Below, in pieces: positions 1 through 9,220 of a DNA stretch of 14,055 nucleotides. This stretch comes from Paraspadella gotoi (Eukaryota > Animalia > Chaetognatha): the NCBI GenBank assembly GCA_051294375.1, contig JBJCIZ010001028.1, positions 1 to 14,055 on the forward strand, given 5' to 3'. Positions within the stretch are counted from its first letter, which is position 1. Each line of letters opens with the position of its first letter. The position numbers and the translations under genes were made by a program. Below the pieces are notes generated by a model. It was not told the origin of the DNA, did no database searches, and worked only from the letters and a program-made list of their open reading frames with translations.

Positions 1-83
1 GCTAGCTTCGTCGCCCTTTATTGTAGTCCGCAGGCGATGGACAATCTCTTCTGTCAACGACGACCCCAATGATGCCGACCATG

Positions 84-509
84 NNNNNNNNNNNNNNNNN
101 NNNNNNNNNNNNNNNNNNNNNNNNNNNNNNNNNNNNNNNNNNNNNNNNNNNNNNNNNNNNNNNNNNNNNNNNNNNNNNNNNNNNNNNNNNNNNNNNNNNN
201 NNNNNNNNNNNNNNNNNNNNNNNNNNNNNNNNNNNNNNNNNNNNNNNNNNNNNNNNNNNNNNNNNNNNNNNNNNNNNNNNNNNNNNNNNNNNNNNNNNNN
301 NNNNNNNNNNNNNNNNNNNNNNNNNNNNNNNNNNNNNNNNNNNNNNNNNNNNNNNNNNNNNNNNNNNNNNNNNNNNNNNNNNNNNNNNNNNNNNNNNNNN
401 NNNNNNNNNNNNNNNNNNNNNNNNNNNNNNNNNNNNNNNNNNNNNNNNNNNNNNNNNNNNNNNNNNNNNNNNNNNNNNNNNNNNNNNNNNNNNNNNNNNN
501 NNNNNNNNN
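84..509. other. N block (426 nt); further N blocks at 690-714, 13586-13682 and 13880-13946
   Basis: Seen directly. The two right-hand blocks (97 and 67 N) match the lengths of the homologous called sequence in the left repeat copy (~102 and ~71 nt), so they behave like masked bases rather than arbitrary gaps. Confidence 0.95.
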
Positions 510-599
510 AAAAAAAAGACGCCGTTTTTCCTTTTTAGAGAAGTATTTAACAATTATGATAACATTTGTAAGGAAACAAACATCACAGGATTTCTTGAT

Positions 600-1440
600 T
601 TTACTCTTCGCTCCGTGGGCTCAGACCAGGAACATGTATGATTGTTGTGTGTTGAAGATGATTGAATAGCGTCTGACGTTCCTGAGCTGNNNNNNNNNNN
701 NNNNNNNNNNNNNNTGAGATGAATACTGTGTGGGAGGGGTTGGTCAAAAAATTTTGCATGTTTGTTTGTATTTTGGATTCGTTCGTAATTTCAAGGACTT
801 ACTCGTTCCCTCTCTCGCGCTTCTTGTATCCCAGATCGAAAGCGATTTCGCGTTATTGGTCAGGTTCAGATTGGCGTCCTTGTAAATACGATTTAGTTCC
901 TCGGGGTTAGAGGTGGGTTTCGCTTGCATTCGTTTGATCTTACGATCGTGATATTAGGCAATGGCTGTCGGAAGTTATCATGCTTTCTTGCCTTGGAGTA
1001 CTGCGAAACATTTGTAGATTAAGATAGCGCAGGCGCGGATAGAGTATATAGATATCCGGAGCTCGGTGTCATTTAATGCCGAGTTCAGATGTTGCTCCGT
1101 TAAAAACTAGTAGGTAGATCGTTATCTGTTGAGTTGATTCGAGTCAATTCGCACTGCTTATAGCTTTTCGATTATAGAATAGTTCTCCTCTTGTGATTGC
1201 ATTTATAGTGCCCGCCATAGGGCAGTTATACTCAGCAGCTTATATATAAGATAGGATATATTGTTTAGTTTGTTCCCTTGTTTTCGTTGTGTCTTGCTTC
1301 ATAGCTATTATATAGTTACTTTTCTTTATATTCACCACAAAAAACGGGTTTTGTTTTAGAATTAAATCTTAGGGCTCTCTCGGTCTCGGTGCGTACGACT
1401 AATAGTTGACGACGTCTAACGAGAAACACCGCAACCGACG
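600..1440 (-). CDS. Putative spliced gene, left paralog, unknown product (exons ~1440-1336, ~1230-803, 725-~600; possible further exon at 1-83); frame disrupted by errors or decay
   Basis: Minus-strand intron 802-726 (77 nt) with donor GTAAGT and acceptor ttttttgaccaacccctcccacacAG. Probable intron 1335-1231 (GTGAAT...ctgAG). One minus frame reads FLTEQHLNSALNDTELRISIYSIRACAILIYKCFAVLQGKKA**LPTAIA*YHDRKIKRMQAKPTSNPEELNRIYKDANL and includes ORF 744..929. No family recognised. Confidence 0.5.
834..1440 (+). repeat. Long direct repeat, left copy (partner 13463-14055)
   Basis: Colinear shared anchors: gatcgaaag (834/13463), ttggcgtccttg, cgatttagttcct, ttacgatcgt, gccgagttcag, agaatagtt, cagttatact, tatataagatag, aaaaaacggg, cttaggg, cgacgtc, accgcaac. 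Differences are scattered substitutions and short indels. Confidence 0.93.
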
Positions 1441-2821
1441 CGTATGTTGTATGTTCGAGGTGGATTGAACTAGAGTCTATGAGTCGGTAAGCAGTGAGTT
1501 TGTAATCGTTGCATCCATTATATTTGGTCTGTTTATTGGTTGTATTGATAATAGTGAAATCTTTCTCGTGTGTCTTACGTTATTCGTACATTTCACTGCT
1601 TGCATTTGTATCTTGTAACTCGTGCGTAATTTATATTCTTAATAACACAAACCTTTTTTCGATAAGTGGTTCGTCGTGTCATCGTCCCTTTCTAGTGATC
1701 TATCTCAGAACTCTATTGTAATTTATAACCATTAAAAGAAAAACATGCGACTGAATTTATGGTGCAGTATCTGGTTTAAATAGTGTAGCTAAACAGTGAA
1801 GTATGTCCTATGATGTAGGTTCGTACATTCCAGCTCTCTTTCTTTCCCCTTTGCATTAAGTATCTTTTATGTCTTTGCTACTTGTTTGCCTATTTCCTTG
1901 TTGGTCTAAGATAGATACTATTCAAGCGGGGGCAGAGTGTTGTGATATATTAATCTAAATATTTCTTGGTCTTCTCTTATTCATATTATTTCCCTAACTG
2001 TGTTTCTATTACGTTGTTTTTTGCTTTTGAACATACTTTTGGTGGTATCCGGAGGATTTTGAACCATTTATCTGCTAGTAGGGTCAGATATTAGTCCTTA
2101 TTTATAAATCTATGCGAATAGCGTATAGTGATGCGCAACGCGCTTACATTATCGATCTTCGATGGAACTTGTCCATTCATCCAGTGTTGCTTACGGGGCT
2201 TTTATTCGTTTAATTGTCCTTTGGTAAATGGCTTTTTCTTTTAAATATTTTAGTTATTGCAAGTGTTCTTATCTAATTTTCGTTGGATATGCGGTGATTT
2301 ACTCAAGGTTAAATGAGATGCAAAATAGAATCTGTTTTTTATTCAGAGCGACAGTTGTCCATAATTGTTAGTTATTTGGTGTGTAATTAATATGTGAACA
2401 TCGATATATTTCTCTAATTTGTACTTTTTGGTTTAGACTTTTAACAAGCCGCTTGTCTGTCACTACGCTTGGCTTTACTGTCTAAACAGTTTTTACACGT
2501 TTGGTCGACCTCGCTTTGTTGCCTCACCCTGCAGGACGTGCTGTCACAACTTATGATAACTAATTTATAGTATAGTTCTGAAGACGCGATAGCTCTGTGG
2601 AAGCCGGTTAGCAAGTCTTATACTTTTGATTGCTGAGGAACAAACCTCATAGTACTTACTGATCTACTGTCTCGGAGTAGTTTTTTCGAGGTAGCAAGTC
2701 GTTTTTAGTTGAAAATTGTGACTTAATTTTTTTCCTTTATAAACTTTTGATTATCGCTTAATAATTCCCGCTTTTTATCAATGCAAATCCCACATGTTTC
2801 CTCGGAGATTTGTGGGATTTA

Positions 2822-2867
2822 TTCTCTTTTTTTCTCTCTCTTTTTTTTCTCTCTCTCTCTCTTTCTC
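2822..2867. repeat. (CT)n / polypyrimidine microsatellite
   Basis: Uninterrupted run of C and T including ctctctctctctct. Confidence 0.85.
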
Positions 2868-2932
2868 GTCATCTTTACCCTTACGCATTTGTTTGTGTTT
2901 ACGATTTGATGATGATGATTCATTCGTCAGTG

Positions 2933-3198
2933 ATGACTTATCGCATCAACTGAATGACTATAATCGCTATACCACGATTATTATCATACATAATTAAATG
3001 ACTATCATCGCGGATCAACCATTTTGGTTTTATCACTATCATCATTTGTTATATTCACATCGATCATTTGGTTATATCGCTGTCTATTTAATTTGTTATA
3101 TCGTGATCAAATATTGGTTATCATCGAATCATATATGGTTATCATCCGCATCAATCCTTTGGTTATCATCGCATCATATCTTGGTTAGATCATTGCAG
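2933..3198 (+). repeat. Degenerate ~22 bp minisatellite, about 12 units
   Basis: Example units: atgactatcatcgcggatcaacc (2998), ttggttatcatcgaatcatat (3114), ttggttatcatcgcatcatatc (3159). Consensus ~TTGGTTATCATCGCATCATAT. Units are contiguous with no spacers. Confidence 0.85.
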
Positions 3199-3290
3199 GT
3201 AGCGCTCGTCCTATTTCTTTTAATTTTTTTTAACTATGCACACTTGTTAACTTGCATCATTGTTTTAAATTTGCATCATTTTTAACGTTC

Positions 3291-3537
3291 GTCGGTCCGC
3301 CCCACCATCTTGTCGGCATTCATGTTATATCAAGTACAGACATCGAACTTATGACTACCAATTATGCAAAAAAAACATGATTTCGTCTGTCTGGCCGTCC
3401 ACCTTAGCAAAACTCAATTACTGTGATTGATGGATGGATTGGAATTAGATGTTTTGTGTAATTAGAAAAGTGTGAGCTGGAGTATAACGTTTCGATGGAA
3501 TCGTGTGGAAGTGAAATGGAGTTTAAATGGAAACAAC
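3291..3537 (+). mobile_element. HINE/Helentron-like non-autonomous element, 5' part (segment A)
   Basis: Starts gtcggtccgccccac shortly after a T run. Colinear with 3975-4210 (gacatcgaa, tcgtctgtc..ccgtcc, cttagcaaaa, ttcgatggaatcgt, gtgaaat). Confidence 0.65.
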
Positions 3538-3546
3538 TTTGAGCAA

Positions 3547-3963
3547 CAATGTCGGATCTGCCCACGATCATTACAGGAATTATTAATTATAATTAATTAA
3601 AATTAACTCAATTAATTATTATATTATTAATAATAATTACTGCAAGTTAATTATTTAATTATAATTAATTTAGTTCAAGTTAATTGTTTAATTAATTAGG
3701 AATTAAATTATTTATTTGATAGATGTTTGTTTTGGATTGATTATTGACTGATATTATTATTGATTAATTAATTGACTATTGATTAATTAACTGATTAATT
3801 ATTTGATTAAATAATACATCTTGCATTTACATTTACATAAAGAACAAGAAGCATAATCAAATTAGTGAAATAGGTTCTTGTTTTTCATTTAAACATCATT
3901 CCTCAACGATTCATCGAACTTGATTTCCAGTTGAATCACACACTTTTCTACCAAATAAAAATT
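3547..3963 (-). mobile_element. HINE/Helentron-like element, 3' part in inverted orientation (segment B')
   Basis: Reverse complement matches ~4290-4750: gaaaagtgtgtgatt, tggaaatcaagt, tttcacta, ttgattatgcttctt, atgtattatt, and terminal taatgatcgtgg(g)cagatc. Confidence 0.8.
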
Positions 3964-4771
3964 CTCACTCACTATATATCATGTCGACATCGAATTATGA
4001 TTAATATGCCAAAAAAACGATTGTCCGTCCGTCCGTCCGTCCGTCGTCCCGTCCATTTTCCGCTTAGCAAAAAATACCAATTTACCGCTTGATTGGTATG
4101 ATGCATTGGAATGAAATTTTGCTGTGGGTAGGAAGTTGTTGTTGATGAGCTGATGTCGAGTTATTCGATGGAATCGTCCAATGTGAAATTGTAGTTTTAA
4201 TGGATAAAAACAAAATCTTCTAATATTTCACTATTTGCATGTAATACTCAATTTATCTTATTGAGTGCGGATAGGGCGATTGACTTGAAAATATTGTATT
4301 TGGGTGAAAAGTGTGTGATTAAACTTGGAAATCAAGTGTTCGATGGGATATCGTTCTGAGTGAGACACGAAATGAGTTTAATGGACAAAAAAAAACACCT
4401 GTTTCACTATTGATTATGCTTCTTTTTCTTTATATTAAATGTTAAATCGCGAATGTATTATTAAAATTTAAATAATTCAATATCATTATTAATTCAATTA
4501 GCTCATTAATTATCGCGAATATTACATTAATCAGTCATCATCAAGTTTTCACTGATTGTTATCGACATTAATTTCATCGTCGTCATGTTGTCTTTATCGT
4601 GGTTCGAGTGACGTTATAGACCCTAAACAAACATTTGTATGGGATTCAAATTAACATTAATATTCATTTCGACTTAATTAATGTCTTACTTGATTATTTA
4701 ATTATTAATTAACATTACATTACGTAATGATCGTGGCAGATCGAAATTGCTATCTGCTACTTGCTTTTTTT
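3964..4771 (+). mobile_element. Near full-length HINE/Helentron-like (DINE-1-type) non-autonomous element
   Basis: (GTCC)5 at 4023-4042; two ~175 bp internal repeats (ttcgatggaatcgt ~4164, ttcgatgggatatcgt ~4339); 3' hairpin gtggcagat-10 nt-atctgctac (4733-4760) followed by ttgc and a T run. A GTCY microsatellite, subterminal IRs, central tandem repeats and a 3' stem-loop are the established DINE-1/HINE architecture. Family assignment is by structure only. Confidence 0.65.
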
Positions 4772-5461
4772 AAGTACCGGAGATGGCGGGAGTGTTAAAT
4801 CTTAAGACTTCAATGCATTAGTGTCTAGAGCATTAGTTTACCGTAACTTACTACGATAAATCATAGACTAAAAATAGGTTTCAAATTATAGTTGTACTCG
4901 AGTTATTGAGCTTGACCACGTCTACAGAAATTCTATGCGGGATGCGCTGCGCCACATATTGTCATTTATATTAATAATAATTGTTCGAAATAACTTATCT
5001 TTTAATATCAGAATGAAATACCGAGTTTCTCCCTTTTCCCGAGTGCTCTTTTGTTCGTTTTTTACTGCGGCTCAAGATTGCATCTTTAGCGATTTCAGAA
5101 TTTTTATTTAGGACTTTGTTCTTATATTATTCGTTAAGTACCAGATTCCGTGGCGGATTCTGATTGGATTCTCGGATTCGAGAGATTCTAATTATGATTT
5201 ATCGATGTGAGCTGATCAGATCTGTCCATTCTGCACTTTCTCTTATAAATCTCGGGAATCTTGTAGTTTTTAAAGAAACTTTGTGGATAATTCGCGTGGA
5301 TTGCGTGGATCTTTCGCATGTGAGAGAAGCAACCTTATTTGTTACAATTATGGATACGAGAAATAGAAATAGATCTTGTTTATATAAATTATTTTTTTGT
5401 ATATATATATATATTTGCTATTTGTTTAATGCTCTCTTCTGTGTCTCTTTGCCCAGGATTC

Positions 5462-5812
5462 GAACTTCTTCGTTTGTTCTCTTATTCTTCTTCTCTGTTC
5501 TCTTAACTTCTTCTTGCCTGTATCTATGTTACTTACACATCTCTTAACTTCCTTTTAACTTACACAACCTTTTACTTGTTACTACAAACTATTGTAGTCG
5601 CCTCGTCGTGAAGGCTTCGGGCCTTCGCCGCAGACTTTGTCCGGTTCCTCAACTACTGAGCGTCTTTGCCGGCAGCCACTCGTTCTCTCTGCGAATTACG
5701 CCACAATTACCAACGCTTTATTTGGCGAGAGTTAGCCGGAAAGTTAGGCAAGTTCAATGTGATACACTCTCCGAAAACCTTAGTTTCAAAACAATATCTA
5801 TATGGGAGGACT
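5462..5812 (-). mobile_element. Possible 5'-truncated RTE-like non-LTR retrotransposon 3' end
   Basis: Minus-strand peptide pieces in several frames (TKVFG...RQIKRW...AAKARSL) resemble RTE ORF C-termini. They are accompanied by two hairpins (5608-5628, 5581-5598) and followed by an AAG/AGA-rich tail. Needs frameshifts to read, so support is weak. Confidence 0.3.
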
Positions 5813-6413
5813 TTGTGTAAAAGTTATACTACTTAGTGATTCTAAACTGTCATCTCATTATCTGATTTGGTTAATAGAAATAAACTTTAAATTATTGTAT
5901 TTTGGTGCAGGGTTCAAGCTAAGACATTTATATTGAGAAAATCAGTAATTAATGTATATGACACAGCCGTTCAATTATACGCAGTCCTGAGCTTCGGATA
6001 AGGCATATAAAAAGCCATGTTAAACAGGCGGTTAAAGCAACCCGTCCCTCTTAACTCAAGGCGACCACCGGGGCTAGGAAAACGCGGAGTGCTTTGGGTT
6101 GGGAGTCGATGACTCTCCTCCGGCAGCATAGTGGCGCTTAGATGAGACGGGTCTGGTTGGGATTTTAGTCATACCATAGAATATATTAGTTATGTAGAAC
6201 CGTTCTGTCAAACTTTAACTCATACAACTGTGCTTCTGTTTCTTTTCAAATTACCTTCAATTTACATTTGATATAAATAAATCAGTCAATTCATTCTAAT
6301 AGGTATCAATCAAATCTAACTGGTGTGCAAATGATTGATTCCTTTCTCTGCCAACAGCCTACTGCGGCCCTTCAATTCCAACAGGCCGTTCTGGCGTCTG
6401 TTAAAAACGGAAG

Positions 6414-6659
6414 CTACGTCTTCGCTCTACGGAGTAGTCTCCTCGGAGATTTACGGATACGTGTCATTTCCCTGTGCGATCCTTGATCTCTGACTCCTAA
6501 ATTGGTCTCTACATCGGAGATATCCTCGTTGTTCCTCGTGATTGGGAAAGGTTTTTCGGCGTTACATATCGAGCCTGATTTGCTTGGCGGATTGGGACAT
6601 AATTGGGAGGGAACTCCATGTTTGCATTTATTGCATATGGCTATGGCTGCATGAGTCAC
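6414..6659 (-). pseudogene. GC-richer Cys-containing ORF fragment, possibly a degraded gag/ORF1 zinc-knuckle region
   Basis: 81 aa ORF containing CNKCKHGVPSQLCPN and GSICNAEKP, reminiscent of but not matching CX2CX4HX4C. Confidence 0.2.
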
Positions 6660-6749
6660 GAGGTCGGTGGTTGAAGGGGATAAGCGTTATAGCTGTACCA
6701 GCATGTGACTCAAAACTTAACTAACTTAAAACAAGTTTGAGTATATTCA

Positions 6750-7565
6750 ATGTGCGAGATCTGCTAACAGATTATAAGGACAAAAATATGAGATAAATAT
6801 GAAAGGTTATGGAAAAAATGGTAAAGATTAGTAAGATGTAGAGATAGTAGAAAAAGAAGTGAGACGATCCTCTCCTTATCACTAAGCGTAGTGAGAAGTT
6901 ACATACGGAGGGAAAATTCTAAAGTCAATATGAACAACATACCATAAAATTAAGAGGTGAACATTATGTGATAAAAAAAAATAATTTTATGTTTTTTAAT
7001 TTCTTGCGAGTTATGCTATTGATTTATAGTATAATACTCTTATCCTTATCAAATCGATTAAAAAAATTTTGTTAAATTTTTTTTTTTTTTTTCTTAATGT
7101 TTTGATGCAGAATTTGAATTCTTTTGTCAAAGTTGATTAAAATAAAAAAGTAAGAAATCATTTTTAGAAAATTCTGAAATTCATTAAGGAAGGTTAAATT
7201 ATAAAAAACTATATTTTAAATATATAAAAATAATTTTCGAGCTTAAAATTATAGGCTTTTCTAATTATTTGACCTCACGTTATGCCACGAATTTTCAAAA
7301 AGAGTTTTATATTTTCTATTGTGACCAACTTTTTATGACAAATACAAATCTGCAAAAATCTTAGAAAAATTTACTTGTTGTAAATTTTACCTTTATTGAT
7401 TAAGTATCTAGTATTATGGCTACTGTGAGAAATTGCGAAAATTTTTTATAATTTTTTTATATAAACTAGAATGTTTTCATTAGTATGATGTTGTTCGTTA
7501 CTCACTTTCTAGAATTTTTAATTAAGTTAAATTTAGAAATGTTATTACGCCTTTTATCCACTTTT
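6750..7565 (-). repeat. ~800 bp interspersed repeat, copy 1 (inverted relative to 9990-10775); probably a non-autonomous DNA element
   Basis: Reverse complement is colinear with 9990-10775: cgaaca..tcata, cagtag, gtcat..aagttg, tttttgaaaatt, attttaagct(c)gaaaatt, tgttcac, cgtatg, tcactac, ttataat.tgt, ctcgc. Confidence 0.8.
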
Positions 7566-7659
7566 TATCTACCTTCGGTGACAAGCTTGACGTTACGATG
7601 GATCGGCACTTGGCCGCTATTACTGTGATGCCAGGTCAATCGTAAGTCTTTTAATAATT

Positions 7660-7950
7660 AATTAATTATGAGTAATTGGTATAAGTAAAAAAAACTGTTT
7701 AGTAAATGATGACTTTTGTTGTTTTTTTCATTTAAAATTACATTTCACTGCACACATTGCATCAGAAACTTAATATCCTGGCTCAGTCACCACGACTTTC
7801 GCAACCCACACACAAAATTTCATTCTATGCAAATCAACTAATCACGAGTAATTGGAGTTTAATTGTTAAGGTAGGGACGAAAGACAGTTGATAGGATGGA
7901 CGAATGTCGGAGCGATGTTTTAGTTGCTGCTGCTTTCAGCAGATCCGACG
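7660..7950 (-). mobile_element. HINE-like element 5' part, inverted
   Basis: Reverse complement reads ctgtctttcgtccctaccttaac..caattactcgtgatt..gaatgaaattttgtgtgtgggt..gtgaaatgtaattttaaatgaaaaaa, matching 3385-3535 and 4050-4210. It begins with gtcggatctgc (reverse complement of 7939-7949). Confidence 0.7.
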
Positions 7951-7976
7951 CTATAATTCTATTAGTCGAGGTCATT

Positions 7977-8575
7977 TGGTCCGCCCGCTCAATTTTTGTT
8001 CGTGCATTCACTCTGTATATCTCAATGTCAGAAGCATTCACAAGTGTATTAGTGTTATAGCAAAAAATTAAAGCGATGTCCGTGTCTCAGTCCACCGTCT
8101 GTCTCGCCGCCAGTATATTCAGTGCAAAATGAACACCAAGTTAGCGTGATTGGATGATGGATTAGAATGCAATGTGTGTGTGGTAGGGAATGTGCTCATT
8201 GCAGCTTGAGATGAAGTTTTCGATGGAGATCGTCCTCGATGTGAAAATGGTTAAATGTGGAAAAACTCAAAAATTTATTTCGACTATTTTTGAATTACCA
8301 ACGTCTTTAGTGTTTGGGTGATTGACTTTGAAGGTGGTTTGTAGATAAGTAGGTTGAATTTAAAACTGGAATGCAAGGTTGTCGATGGAAATCGTGGTGG
8401 GTAGAAATGAGGGTGGGGTATAAATGGAAAAAAGCAAAGAGACCTATTTCACTAATATTGATCGGATGACTTCTTGTTCTTTTTATTTTGAGAAGTTTAA
8501 ATGTTTAAAATGTAGTTAATTAAATCGAAATATTAAATCATTAGGTCAATAATTTCATTAATTAAGCAGTCAGAT
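7977..8575 (+). mobile_element. HINE-like element, second long copy (3'-truncated)
   Basis: ggtccgccc (7978), degenerate gtcc/gtct tract (~8078-8105), two internal repeats (ttcgatggagatcgt ~8219, tcgatggaaatcgt ~8382), then acctatttcactaat..cttcttgttcttt, as in the other copies. Confidence 0.75.
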
Positions 8576-9220
8576 TTAAGTCAAGGTGGCCGAAAGACAA
8601 ACAGTTGGTAGGATCAAATTGATGATGAAGTTGCCTAATTATTAATAATTGAACTTGGATAAATGTAATTATTAAGTTAAGAAGGGTAATGTATTTAATT
8701 AACTGTTGACGCGATTAGATGTTGTTATTATCTAATTAGTTTAATTATGTTTAGAGCAATTGATTTAAATAAGTTAGTATTGACTTGACAGTTCGAGATT
8801 TATTAATTATAGTATGTGAATTAATACCTCCAAGATGGTTTTGGTCTAGGTCCGTACTAGGGTGTACTGAGTCGATCGATTTAGGTATCCTTAAGTCGGA
8901 GAAGAAGATGTAGGTACATGCAGTACGTTTTATACTTTCATTACTGTTCTATTGAGTGAAGTAGTCAATATGAACCTCTCGTGTGCTAATTATCAGTTTC
9001 AACATCATTTTTTGAACGCCTATAGTAGACGGAATCTCTATTTAAATATAGAGTTTTCATAGTTTTGCTCGTATAGAGAATTTAGAGTTCTAATAGTACG
9101 GAGAGCTACCTAAATTTGTCACTTGCGATGCAAAATCGGTGGTGTGTAATAATCGGTTGTTGATAAGAGTGCAGGGATTCGAGGTTAGCGTTACATCTTG
9201 AGCGCTTCTGTTCTATTCAG

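Noticed and set aside
2-641. Long ORFs 2..553 and 69..641 (also 13421..13720 and 13834..14016)
   Set aside because: Their length comes from N runs translated as X.
1241-1250. TATA box for ORF 744..929
   Set aside because: Coding-like sequence continues upstream of that ATG in both copies, and the motif falls just before a probable splice acceptor, so it is more likely intronic.
2933-3198. CRISPR array
   Set aside because: Units are contiguous and degenerate with no unique spacers, there are no cas genes, and the context is eukaryotic.
2794-3285. ORFs 2794..2997 and 2998..3285 as genes
   Set aside because: They are translations of the CT microsatellite and the 22 bp minisatellite.
4733-4771. 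Rho-independent terminator (hairpin plus T run)
   Set aside because: No bacterial context; it coincides with the 3' end of the repeat element.
5164-5547. 127 aa ORF
   Set aside because: TTG start, and it crosses a (TA)n run and a pyrimidine tract, giving biased F/L/S/I composition with no motif.
6085-6170. HDV-like ribozyme
   Set aside because: A ctcctc motif is present, but I could not build consistent P1, P1.1 and P2 pairings.
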